Positions 18,350-28,041 are shown, counted from the stretch's first letter. The stretch is 64,000 nucleotides of DNA from an uncultured Bacilli bacterium (GCA_947629265.1 CANRCZ010000002.1:6567-70566), one strand, 5' to 3'. Made by a program: numbers and translations. The notes: generated by a model from the letters alone, not told the origin.

Positions 18350-18408
18350 CACAGATCCGCCCAAGCTAGGCTTAAGCCCTAGCGAACTGACAATTATGAG
18401 GTTAAAAT

Positions 18409-18597
18409 ATGTCAATGTTGAATGTGTATAATGAAATAAAGAAAGTTCATCCAGATTTTGTGTTGTTAATAAAATCTGGAACCTTTTATGAAATACTAGA
18501 AAATGACGCATACGTACTCAGTAATATAAGTGGTTATAAAATAGTAAATAAAACAAATTACCAATTATGTGGTTTCCCTAGTAATGTGCTTGCATAA
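18409..18597 (+). pseudogene. mutS: mutS N-terminal fragment (mismatch-binding domain I remnant)
   Basis: The 62-aa ORF KKVHPDFVLLIKSGTFYEILENDAYVLSNISGYKIV...CGFP resembles the MutS N-terminus (HPD..l.fr.GdFYElf..DA). The rest of mutS is absent. Confidence 0.4.
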
Positions 18598-18606
18598 ATA
18601 TAATAA

Positions 18607-18640
18607 GTTAGACTGATTAATTCAGTCTTTTATAATCCAT
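18607..18640 (+). terminator. rho-independent terminator (AGACTGATTAATTCAGTCT hairpin plus T-run)
   Basis: Hairpin agactga-ttaat-tcagtct followed by TTTTAT. A near-identical hairpin recurs at 19618-19650. Confidence 0.5.
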
Positions 18641-18723
18641 AAAAATGTAAATAAAAAAATATTTGTCAGAAATTATTATGTTTTTTAGTTTGAATGTGTT
18701 AAAATATACATGAGGGTGAAAAT

Positions 18724-19617
18724 ATGAAAGATACAAAAAAAATAGGAACTTTTATCGTAGCAGGTATTATCTTAGTTGGAGTTATTATAGTTGGTTTTAT
18801 GATTACCAATAAAAATTCATCAAAAAGTACAGCTAAAAATAAAACAAATTCAAAAACAGCAAATACTAGTATAAAAATAAATAGCAAAAAAGACTATGTT
18901 TATGATGCCGACTATAAATCCGAAACAAAACATTCTAAGTACGCTTACGATAAAAAACAAGACAAAATCTTAACCGATGATAAAGTAAATATAGAAGATA
19001 AAATAACAACCGTAAACGATGGTATAGTAAACTATAAATACAATGAAAATGTTAGTTACGTAAAAGATTTAAAAGTACCTTATATTAACATTAATAGTGA
19101 TGCTGCATTAAGTGTTAATACCACACTTGAAAAAATGTATACCCATGCTTATAAAAAATTCGATAATTTCGCTGAAACAAAAGAACCATTTTGTAGTCAA
19201 GTTTTAGACTATAAAGCTATAACAAATAAAGATATTTTATCCGTAATAGTCGTTGAAATAGTTAACTGTTCATCACAACCAATCACAAATTACCATACCT
19301 ATAACTTTGATTTAAAAACTGGTAACTTATTAACATATCAAGATATCTATAGTGGACTTAATATATCAGAAAGTGACCTTAAAACTAAAGTAGAAGAAGC
19401 TATCACTAAAAAACAAAAAGAAAAAATGGCAAATGATGAAGAATATGAAAGTGATTTTGATACCTTTAAAGAAGAAAGTATCAAAAATTACGAAGAAGCT
19501 GTTTCAAATGGTGAGGTTAAATACTATCTATCTGAACAAGGTAAACTTAATATCATAACAACCTTTAGCTTGCCACAAGGTAGCGGTGAATTTGAATACA
19601 ATATTGAAATCGATTAA
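18724..19617 (+). CDS. membrane-anchored extracytoplasmic protein (possibly DUF3298/DUF4163-like)
   Basis: N-terminal TM segment, then an S/T/K/N-rich linker and a globular domain. Family assignment is weak. Confidence 0.3.
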   Translation: MKDTKKIGTFIVAGIILVGVIIVGFMITNKNSSKSTAKNKTNSKTANTSIKINSKKDYVYDADYKSETKHSKYAYDKKQDKILTDDKVNIEDKITTVNDGIVNYKYNENVSYVKDLKVPYININSDAALSVNTTLEKMYTHAYKKFDNFAETKEPFCSQVLDYKAITNKDILSVIVVEIVNCSSQPITNYHTYNFDLKTGNLLTYQDIYSGLNISESDLKTKVEEAITKKQKEKMANDEEYESDFDTFKEESIKNYEEAVSNGEVKYYLSEQGKLNIITTFSLPQGSGEFEYNIEID

Positions 19618-19650
19618 AAGACTGATTAATTCAGTTTTTTTTAATACCTT
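19618..19650 (+). terminator. rho-independent terminator (GACTGATTAATTCAGT hairpin plus T8)
   Basis: Same hairpin as at 18611, followed by TTTTTTTT. Confidence 0.55.
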
Positions 19651-19713
19651 ATTAAAAAAACAGTGGACAAAATAAATAAACAAAACAAAAACATATTATT
19701 AATTGGTGATAAA

Positions 19714-20412
19714 ATGTTAAGATTTTTAAAATATCTATTCAAAGATTTCTATATCTTTACAGCTGCTTATTCCAATAATCTCTTTCCATATCCCTTATCC
19801 AAAGAAGAAGAAAAAAAATACGTTGAACTCGCTAAACTAGGTGATAAAGAAGCTAGAAATATCCTTATCGAACATAACCTAAGACTAGTAGCACATATCG
19901 TTAAAAAATACGACCATAACGCATCAATGTCCGACGATTTAATAAGTATCGGAACGATCGGTCTCATCAAAGGTATCGACAGCTATTCCTATAAACATGG
20001 AACTAGAATAACAACTTACTGTGCTAGATGCATCGAAAACGAAATCCTCATGTATTTTAGAAACGATAAAAAAAATAGCAAAAACATAAGCTTAAACGAA
20101 CCGATCGGCTTTGATAAAGAGGGAAACGAAATAACCTTTCTAGATATATTAAAAACACCAAAACCTGACTATGCTCTAGATATCCATAACCAAAATAATT
20201 TGGATCTTTTAAAAGACTATTTTAAAGTATTAAACGATAGAGAAAAAGAAATAATCATCAAAAGATATGGATTAGACGACGAAGAACCCATAACCCAAAA
20301 AGAGATCGCTAAAGTACTTAACATATCTAGAAGCTACGTATCACGAATAGAAAAAAGAGCTTTAACCAAAATGCTCAGAGAGTATATTAAAAATAAAAAT
20401 TATACTGACTAG
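19714..20412 (+). CDS. sigK: sporulation sigma factor, pro-sigma-K-like
   Basis: Pro-sequence ...SNNLFPYPLSKEEEKKYVELAKLGDKEARNILIEHNLRLVAHIVKKY closely matches Bacillus pro-sigma-K (NNAFPQPLS..EEKKYLEL..GD..AR..LIEHNLRLVAHIVKKF). Region 2 (DLISIGTIGLIKGIDSY) and region 4 (ISRSYVSRIEKRAL) are present. ATG at 19714 follows a GGTGA SD. Confidence 0.6.
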   Translation: MLRFLKYLFKDFYIFTAAYSNNLFPYPLSKEEEKKYVELAKLGDKEARNILIEHNLRLVAHIVKKYDHNASMSDDLISIGTIGLIKGIDSYSYKHGTRITTYCARCIENEILMYFRNDKKNSKNISLNEPIGFDKEGNEITFLDILKTPKPDYALDIHNQNNLDLLKDYFKVLNDREKEIIIKRYGLDDEEPITQKEIAKVLNISRSYVSRIEKRALTKMLREYIKNKNYTD

Positions 20413-20522
20413 AACAATTAAAGTTCTTTTTTTTAAAATTTAAAAAAATGTATTGAAAAACAATATTCTTTTGTGTTAAAATTATAGTGTTATTAAAAAA
20501 ATAAAAGAATTGAGGGATTATT

Positions 20523-20792
20523 GTGGATAGAAAAATCGTAATTGAAAATAAAAAGGGAATTAAATATGAAGCCGACATTATCATGTGTTTTGATATAGAA
20601 GAACTAAATAAAAGCTACGTAGTTTATAAATTCGATGATGAGGTAGAAGATGATTTATCAACCTTTCATACGTCTGTCTTAGTTTCAAAAAACGACGATA
20701 ACTATGTACTTGAAGATATCAAAGACGAGAAAGAATGGGATATTATTAAAGGTCTTATGAAAAAGATTGTCGACGAATCAGAGGAGGTTTAA
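20523..20792 (+). CDS. small acidic protein (DUF1292-like)
   Basis: 89-aa acidic ORF. Weak resemblance to DUF1292 proteins. Confidence 0.25.
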   Translation: MDRKIVIENKKGIKYEADIIMCFDIEELNKSYVVYKFDDEVEDDLSTFHTSVLVSKNDDNYVLEDIKDEKEWDIIKGLMKKIVDESEEV

Positions 20793-20794
20793 TT

Positions 20795-22768
20795 ATGATG
20801 AACGATGAAAAAACAGTAGATAGAAACGATTTGATAACAGTCCAACTAAGTACTGGTGAGGTATATCAAATAAAAAGAAAATATCTAAAAGATTGTAATG
20901 CTAAAATCAATACTGCTAAAGATAAAAGATTTTTCGGAAAAAAAGCTAAATCCTTTACATCTGTCTTAGAATTAATCAAAAGTAAATACGATAAATTCAT
21001 GAAAACTGTCGAAGAAAAATTAACGACAGCAGGAGATCGTTTTCAAGAAAGTCTTAAAAAGAACGATATCAATGCTTTTTCTAGCTTAAGTCCTGAAGAG
21101 ATGGATGAAGAATTAGAAAGACTTGAAGATAAACTACAACGTGAAATAAAAAATGTAAAATCAACTTTAAGAACTACCACTAATGTGCTTCAAGAAAGAT
21201 CTGTAAAATTAGAAGCACGTTTAGGTGAACTTGAAAGAGAAATTCAAAACAGTAAAGCAGATGATCCTAATACCGAAAAACTACACGATGAAATGGATGA
21301 TACATTAGCAGAATCTAATATCTTAAATGATCGACTTGAAAGATTAGAAAATGTTGATTTCTCTAGAAGCTTTGAAGAGGGAATGGATGGTTTAGCTAAT
21401 CTAAACGAGGTAGATTTAGAATTAGTAAACATGAAAAAATTACAATCATTATATCAAGAATTCATGGATAAAAGACAAATTAGTGCCTTAAGAGATAGTA
21501 TGATGGAACAACCTGCACCTATTAACGAAGACTTACAAGCTCGTCTTAATGAATATAAAGAAGCACAAGCAGAAACTAAAGAAGAGACAGTTGAGCCAGT
21601 AGAACCAACTGTTGAACCAGTAAGTACAGTTGAACCAACAGAACCAACTGTTGAACCTGAGGTTGTTGCAGGACCACAATACGATCCAGAATATTATCAA
21701 AATAATTCTGTTTTAGAACCAGTATCAGAAGAAATCGAAGAGGAGTTAACACCAATTACTCCTACTAATATTGAAGAAGAAATGGAAAGTACTTTATCTG
21801 AGGAGGTTAATAACATGATGAACGAAACAGTAGCTGTACCTGAAGAAACTGAAATTGTTGAAGAAGAACCAGTAGAAGAGGTAACAACTCCAGTTGTAGA
21901 ACCTAAAGCTGAAGAAACTCAAGTTGAAGAGACAGTGACTGAAGAACCTCAAGCTGAAGAGGTTGAAGAAAAAGTCGAAGAACCTAAAGAAGAGACAGTA
22001 GCTCCAGTTGAAGAAACTGTTGAAGAACCTAAAGAAGAACAAGTTCAAGAAACTGCTGTTCCAGCTGAGGTTAAAGAAGAAGCTAAAGTTGAAAAAGTAT
22101 CTGATAGCCAATCTACTAATACTTTCGAGGTAAAAGATTTCTTCGCTACACCAGATGGTAATAAATTAGTAGGTGATTTCAAAGGCTTAATCAATGGCTT
22201 CGCTAGAGAGGTTGTTAGTAACTATACAAACGTTATCACATCTTCATACAAATATTACGAAGATAATATCAGCAGAATAAATGCTGAATACGATAAAGTT
22301 GCAGATCAAAATCAAGATTTAGAAAACAATTTAAAATTATCAGAAGCTAAAAACGATGAATTATCACAACGTGTTACTAGCTTAGAAAGATTAATGAAAA
22401 ACGACTATACACCAAATGTTCAAGTGGCAGCTATGAAAAACGACTTAGAAAGTGCTTTAAGTAGTAAAGAAACAATGTTAAGACTTGAACAAGCTAAAAG
22501 TAGTGGTTTAACTGATAAATTAGGACAAGCTACAAAACAAAATCGTGATTTAGCAAGACAAATTACAACTTTAAATAGTGCAATTCAAGAAGATTACGTT
22601 CCTAAAAATAAATACGAAGAACAAGTAAAATCAAATCAAAATTTAAGATCAGAATTAGATGAGATAAAAGAACAATTAGCAGCTATTAGTCAAATCGTTA
22701 GAACAACTAGTGTCTTGGGACAAGCTATGAATGCTGAAGAATTAAGCACTCCATCAAAAAGAAGATAA
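20795..22768 (+). CDS. coiled-coil protein with central acidic P/E/V-rich low-complexity repeats
   Basis: 657 aa with N- and C-terminal coiled coils. Central VEPVEPTVEPVSTVEPTEPTVEPEV and (VEEPKEE)n tracts at about 21590-22080. Confidence 0.4.
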   Translation: MMNDEKTVDRNDLITVQLSTGEVYQIKRKYLKDCNAKINTAKDKRFFGKKAKSFTSVLELIKSKYDKFMKTVEEKLTTAGDRFQESLKKNDINAFSSLSPEEMDEELERLEDKLQREIKNVKSTLRTTTNVLQERSVKLEARLGELEREIQNSKADDPNTEKLHDEMDDTLAESNILNDRLERLENVDFSRSFEEGMDGLANLNEVDLELVNMKKLQSLYQEFMDKRQISALRDSMMEQPAPINEDLQARLNEYKEAQAETKEETVEPVEPTVEPVSTVEPTEPTVEPEVVAGPQYDPEYYQNNSVLEPVSEEIEEELTPITPTNIEEEMESTLSEEVNNMMNETVAVPEETEIVEEEPVEEVTTPVVEPKAEETQVEETVTEEPQAEEVEEKVEEPKEETVAPVEETVEEPKEEQVQETAVPAEVKEEAKVEKVSDSQSTNTFEVKDFFATPDGNKLVGDFKGLINGFAREVVSNYTNVITSSYKYYEDNISRINAEYDKVADQNQDLENNLKLSEAKNDELSQRVTSLERLMKNDYTPNVQVAAMKNDLESALSSKETMLRLEQAKSSGLTDKLGQATKQNRDLARQITTLNSAIQEDYVPKNKYEEQVKSNQNLRSELDEIKEQLAAISQIVRTTSVLGQAMNAEELSTPSKRR

Positions 22769-22800
22769 AAAATTAAGTGGATTAATCCACTTTTTTTAAT
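22769..22800 (+). terminator. rho-independent terminator
   Basis: AAGTGGATTAATCCACTT hairpin followed by a T7 run. Confidence 0.6.
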
Positions 22801-22919
22801 AAAAAAATAGTATTGAAAATAACAAACGGGTATATTACTAAATAAAAAAATATATAATAATATACTTAATTAGGCGAAGAAACATACTATTAAATATAAA
22901 GTAAAAAGAGGCGATAGTA

Positions 22920-23600
22920 ATGAAAGAAGAATTATGGCTAATTTGGAAAGATCCAATTTTACGTAGAAGATATAAAATCGGGTCATTAATTAAAGAAAAT
23001 AACAGATATATTTTTAATTATATTAATCCAGAGTTAGATGAGGCTAAAGCAGTAGGATTTAAATATTTTCCGGGTTTTGAAGATTTAATGAAATCATATG
23101 AAAGTGATGACTTATTTACAAATATTTTAACAAGATTACCAAATGAAACAAGACCCGATTATTTAGAAATTTTAAATTGTTATAATTTGGAAAAAGATTC
23201 AGATGATTTTGATATTTTAAAGGCAACTCGCGGAAGAACAATTACGGATAATTATGAATTCGTTCCAGCTTTTGACTCAAGTAAAATTGAGTTCGATGTA
23301 GCAGGAACAAGTCATTGCAGTGATGTAGAAGAATGTAAAAATTATCTTAAGGTTAATAAAAAATTATATTTAGACCCAGAACCAGAAAATTTAAATGATC
23401 CTAATGCAATTAAAATTATCTTTAAAGAAAATGGTAAATCGTATCATTTGGGTTATGTGCCAAGATATTATTGTAAAGAATTATTAGCAGAATTAAAAAA
23501 AGGAACCCAGTATTCTGCAATGATTCAAAGCTTAAATCTAGACTCACAATTAAGTGATGAAAATATTACTGCTAATGTTAAACTTATTCTTAATATTTAA
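22920..23600 (+). CDS. hypothetical protein
   Basis: 226-aa ORF with an AAGAGG SD. No recognisable motif. Confidence 0.3.
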   Translation: MKEELWLIWKDPILRRRYKIGSLIKENNRYIFNYINPELDEAKAVGFKYFPGFEDLMKSYESDDLFTNILTRLPNETRPDYLEILNCYNLEKDSDDFDILKATRGRTITDNYEFVPAFDSSKIEFDVAGTSHCSDVEECKNYLKVNKKLYLDPEPENLNDPNAIKIIFKENGKSYHLGYVPRYYCKELLAELKKGTQYSAMIQSLNLDSQLSDENITANVKLILNI

Positions 23601-23794
23601 TTTTAGGTCATAAATCTAGATACTAAATGCAAAAATAAAGTCATTTTAATACATTTATTTACAATTAAATATGAAAATAATTATATAACAAGATGGTAGG
23701 AATAATTAAAATTATTCTTTTTTTCATGATATTGATATTTTTGTCTAAAATTAGTGACATAAACCATATATTTTGTTATAATAAATATGGATTT

Positions 23795-23870
23795 TGCCTC
23801 ATGGCCAAGCGGTAAGGCATCAGACTCTGAATCTGACATTTCGTAGGTTCGAATCCTACTGAGGCAACCA
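23795..23870 (+). tRNA. tRNA-Gln (anticodon CUG)
   Basis: Folded by hand. U1-A72 acceptor pair as in bacterial tRNA-Gln. D-arm AGCCAAGCGGTAAGGCA. Anticodon stem TCAGA/TCTGA with loop CTCTGAA giving CTG. T-arm GGTTCGAATCC. Encoded CCA. Ends 20 nt upstream of gltX. Confidence 0.75.
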
Positions 23871-23890
23871 ATTAGAAAGGAAGAAATATT

Positions 23891-25549
23891 ATGAACGAAT
23901 TAGCAGATTTAATATTTCCTAATATAGATAAAACTGTTGCTGATTACGAAAAAATGTATCCAGCTAGAGAATTAAAAGAGGGAACTATCGTAACTAGGTT
24001 TGCCCCAAGTCCAACCGGATTTATTCATATCGGTCATCTATTCTCATCTTTTGTAGCAAAAAAAGTAGCGCAAGATACAGATGGTATCTTCTACCTTAGA
24101 ATTGAAGATACCGACCAAAAAAGAACCGTCGAAAACGGTATAACTAATATTATTAGGGATCTAAAAAACTACAACATAACCTTTAACGAGGGAATGATAA
24201 GTGAAACCGAAGAAATAGGTAACTATGGACCTTATATCCAAAGCAAAAGAAAAGAAATATATCAAACTTTCGCTAAAGAATTATTAAAAAAAGGTTTAGC
24301 ATACCCTTGTTTTTGTACCGAAGAAGAGGTAAACGACGTTAGAGAAATCCAAAAAAGAAGAAAAGACCGCATTGGATACTATGGCGAATATGCTAAATAT
24401 CGTAACTTTGACGAACAAGAAGCTATTAAAAAAATAAAAAACAACGAACCATATGTCGTTCGCTTTAAATCAATGGGTGATTACAATAAAAAAATCGAAA
24501 TAAACGATGCTATCAAAGGTAAATTAACCTTTCCTGAAAACGATTTAGATATCGTTATCATTAAAAGTGATGGCCTACCAACTTACCATTTCGCTCATTT
24601 TGTCGATGATTACCTAATGCATACAACCCATATCATTAGAAGCGATGAATGGATATCATCATTACCAATCCATATTCAATTATTCAAAACATTTAATGTT
24701 AAACCACCAAAATATGCCCATTTATCACCACTTATGAAGATCGATGAAACAGGTAGCAAAAGAAAACTATCCAAAAGAAAAGATCCAGAAAGTGCTGTTA
24801 GTTACTACCATGAAAAAGGTATCCCTAAAGAAGCGGTTATTTTATATATTTTAACAGTCGCTAATTCAAACTTTGAAGCTTGGTACGATACCAATAAAGA
24901 TGCATCAATCGATGATTTCAAATTTGATTTTAAAAAGGTAAGCAGTAGTGGTTCACTATTCGATTACGATAAACTATTAAATATCTCTAAAAATTATATT
25001 AGTAGATTAACCGCTAAAGAGGTATACGATGGCGTATTAGAATATGCTAAAGAATTTGACTTAGAATTTTATAATCTACTAACAAAATATAAAGATTATT
25101 CAATAAAGATCTTCAATATCGAAAGAGAACAAAAAAAGCCAAGAAAAGACTACGACAGCTATGGCAATATCAAAGATCAAGTCTTCTATATGTACGACGA
25201 ACTATTTAGCGATGTTACCTATGATTTTGATGAAAAAATCAATAAAGAAGAAATCAAAAAAGTCTTAGATAGCTATATCGAAATTTACGACGAAAACGAT
25301 GATAAAGATACTTGGTTTAGCAAAATGCAAAATATCGGTGATAACTTAGGTTATTGTTCTAACATAAAACAATATAAAGAAAATCCTGATAACTATAAAG
25401 GTAGTATCGCTGATATAAGTAATATCATAAGAGTCGCTGTTACTACTAGTCGTATGTCACCAGACTTATACGAAATACTAAAATTACTAGGTAAAGATAG
25501 AATAAAAGATCGTTTTAATAAAGCTATTCAAAAATTAGAAAACAAGTAG
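23891..25549 (+). CDS. gltX: glutamyl-tRNA synthetase
   Basis: Class I HIGH motif (PSPTGFIHIGHL) and a KMSKS-like KLSKRK. GluRS catalytic core. Confidence 0.85.
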   Translation: MNELADLIFPNIDKTVADYEKMYPARELKEGTIVTRFAPSPTGFIHIGHLFSSFVAKKVAQDTDGIFYLRIEDTDQKRTVENGITNIIRDLKNYNITFNEGMISETEEIGNYGPYIQSKRKEIYQTFAKELLKKGLAYPCFCTEEEVNDVREIQKRRKDRIGYYGEYAKYRNFDEQEAIKKIKNNEPYVVRFKSMGDYNKKIEINDAIKGKLTFPENDLDIVIIKSDGLPTYHFAHFVDDYLMHTTHIIRSDEWISSLPIHIQLFKTFNVKPPKYAHLSPLMKIDETGSKRKLSKRKDPESAVSYYHEKGIPKEAVILYILTVANSNFEAWYDTNKDASIDDFKFDFKKVSSSGSLFDYDKLLNISKNYISRLTAKEVYDGVLEYAKEFDLEFYNLLTKYKDYSIKIFNIEREQKKPRKDYDSYGNIKDQVFYMYDELFSDVTYDFDEKINKEEIKKVLDSYIEIYDENDDKDTWFSKMQNIGDNLGYCSNIKQYKENPDNYKGSIADISNIIRVAVTTSRMSPDLYEILKLLGKDRIKDRFNKAIQKLENK

Positions 25550-25622
25550 GCAAACTTGTTTTTTCATGTTATAATTAGCATATGTGTATTATAAATTAAG
25601 AAAAAGATGAGGAGTTAAAGAA

Positions 25623-26546
25623 ATGAAAAAGATTAAATTCATAATTCCTATTTTAATTATAATCGTTTTAATAGGTATCTTATTTATTAATAAAAATAAG
25701 AAAATAGAACCATTTTATTTAGAAGATAATTACTATCTAAAGAGTGAATTAATCGATACTGATATAGATAATATAAATAGTTTAATAGATAAAAAAGAAA
25801 GCTTTGGTTTATTTATCTATCAACCAGATTGTATTACATCCGCTAATTTAGGAAATGTCATCGATCTTTTACAAAAGGACTATAAAGTAACCTTTTATCA
25901 AATACCATTTTCTGAAATTAAAAAAACTTTCATCAACGACTATGTTACTTATTATCCATCATTTGTTATTTATAAAGATGGTAAACTAGTCGATTATCTA
26001 GATGCTTCTAAAGATGAAGATACGGCTTATTTTAGTGATTACGATCGCTTTAAAACATGGTTCACAAGCTATATCAATTTAAAAGAAAAAAATGATGAGA
26101 TAACAACTGAAATAGATCCACCAGATGTGACTAGTTCGGATACCAATATAGATGAAATAACCTTAGAAAGTGATCTATCCAAAGTAAAAGAAGATAAAGA
26201 TATACCATACGATAATGGTAAAATTAATATTTATCTATTTTGGGGTGATGGTTGTCCACATTGCGCTAAATTAAAACAGTATTTAAGTAGTATTGAAAAA
26301 GAATACGGTAAATACTATAACTTACATACTTTTGAGGTTTTCTATAACGAGAATAATAATCGTTTATTTCAAGATTTCACTAAAGTATTAAACGATAATA
26401 CTACCGGTGTACCATATACCGTTATTGGTCATGATGCTATTAAAGGTTATGCTGATGGAATGGAAAGTCGCTTTACCGATGCGATTATGAAAGAATATCA
26501 AGCTAAAGAACACTACGACGTTTATCAAGTAATTAAAAATAAATAA
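25623..26546 (+). CDS. membrane-anchored thioredoxin-fold protein (CxxC)
   Basis: Signal anchor and a WGDGCPHCAKL redox motif. Confidence 0.4.
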   Translation: MKKIKFIIPILIIIVLIGILFINKNKKIEPFYLEDNYYLKSELIDTDIDNINSLIDKKESFGLFIYQPDCITSANLGNVIDLLQKDYKVTFYQIPFSEIKKTFINDYVTYYPSFVIYKDGKLVDYLDASKDEDTAYFSDYDRFKTWFTSYINLKEKNDEITTEIDPPDVTSSDTNIDEITLESDLSKVKEDKDIPYDNGKINIYLFWGDGCPHCAKLKQYLSSIEKEYGKYYNLHTFEVFYNENNNRLFQDFTKVLNDNTTGVPYTVIGHDAIKGYADGMESRFTDAIMKEYQAKEHYDVYQVIKNK

Positions 26547-26597
26547 CATTAAATCTTCGCTAAAGTATATATTTATAATATAAAAGGAGCGAAGAAA

Positions 26598-27245
26598 ATG
26601 AATATCAGAATTCCTAAATATTCACTTAGTGAAGAACTTATAAATGCTATTAGTCATGGTATTGGTAGTGGTTTAAGTATTTGGTTACTTGTAATATTGA
26701 TTATCAAAGCTAGTAATATTGGGTGGTTAGCAGTTACCTCAGTAACTTTATATGGTAGTAGTATGATAATGCTATATCTGATATCGTGTATATATCATAG
26801 TCTTAGCAAGAATGTTAAAGCTAAAGGTGTTTTTAGAATAATCGATCACTGTAATGTTTTCTTATTAGTTTATGGAACGATTATTCCCGTCTTTTTATTA
26901 GGTATCGGTGGCTTTAAAGGCTTTATTTCCTTTCTTATCATCACCATTATTATCATCGGTGGTATGATGCTATCGATTATCGCCATCGATAAATATCAAA
27001 TTTTAGAGGTTTTATGCCATCTAACAGTCGGGTGGAGTGTCTTACTATATAAAGATGATATCATAAACAGTATGACTATTAACGGATTACTATTTATTAT
27101 TCTAGGTGGTGCAATGTATACCTTAGGCGCTATATTATATGGTTTAGGCGTCAAAATAAAATACATGCACTCTGTTTTTCATATCCTATGTTTAATCGGT
27201 AGCTTATTTCACTTTATCGCTATATATATTTATCTTTTAGCATAA
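26598..27245 (+). CDS. hemolysin III / PAQR family membrane protein
   Basis: Seven TM segments and conserved N-terminal EELINAISHGIG typical of the HlyIII/YqfA family. Confidence 0.6.
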   Translation: MNIRIPKYSLSEELINAISHGIGSGLSIWLLVILIIKASNIGWLAVTSVTLYGSSMIMLYLISCIYHSLSKNVKAKGVFRIIDHCNVFLLVYGTIIPVFLLGIGGFKGFISFLIITIIIIGGMMLSIIAIDKYQILEVLCHLTVGWSVLLYKDDIINSMTINGLLFIILGGAMYTLGAILYGLGVKIKYMHSVFHILCLIGSLFHFIAIYIYLLA

Positions 27246-27324
27246 TTATCTAAAATACTACTTTTTTTTAACAAAATATGTTACAATATTTATAGTATGA
27301 ATAGTTAGAAAGGATGAAGAAATA

Positions 27325-28020
27325 ATGAAAAAAAAGATTATAAAAAATATCCTAGTTTGTCTATTTATAACCTTAATTATAACAGGTTGTAACGAAAAAA
27401 AAGAAACAACAGTAACTGTAAATAAATTTGAAGAAGAATACGAAAAATTAAATGGAACGACCAACGATAGTGGTAAAAATTATATGGAAATTGATATTCC
27501 AACTGATAACTTAATGACCTATGCTACGATGGAAGATTTAAAAAATATCTTTGAAAACAAAGGTACAGGAGTTATCTATTTTGGATATCCTGAATGTCCA
27601 TGGTGTCGTAATGCTGTTCCTAATTTAATTAAAGCGGCTAAAAAAACAGCATTAGATAAAATCTACTACTTAAATGTTCACGATATTCGTGATACTTATA
27701 TCTACCAAGATGATAAACTAGTTAAAACCAAAGAGGGTACAGAAGATTACTATCAAATTTTAAAATGGTTGGATTCTATTTTAGATGAATACGTTATCAA
27801 AGATGGTGATAAAGAACATGCAACTGGTGAAAAGAGATTATATGTACCAACGGTCGTCTTTGTTAGAGATGGTACAATTGTCGGTTACCATGATGATACT
27901 GTACCTACTCAAGAAGATCCATATGTACCATTAACTGATGAAGAAAGTCAACAACTACAAGATAAATACGAAGAATTAATTCATAAAGTATTAAACGATC
28001 TATGTGATGAAGCTTGCTAA
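27325..28020 (+). CDS. thioredoxin-like lipoprotein (CPWC)
   Basis: Lipobox LIITGC and a GYPECPWCRNAVP thioredoxin-fold motif. Confidence 0.45.
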   Translation: MKKKIIKNILVCLFITLIITGCNEKKETTVTVNKFEEEYEKLNGTTNDSGKNYMEIDIPTDNLMTYATMEDLKNIFENKGTGVIYFGYPECPWCRNAVPNLIKAAKKTALDKIYYLNVHDIRDTYIYQDDKLVKTKEGTEDYYQILKWLDSILDEYVIKDGDKEHATGEKRLYVPTVVFVRDGTIVGYHDDTVPTQEDPYVPLTDEESQQLQDKYEELIHKVLNDLCDEAC

Positions 28021-28041
28021 TAAACTTAAGGGGATGATAAA

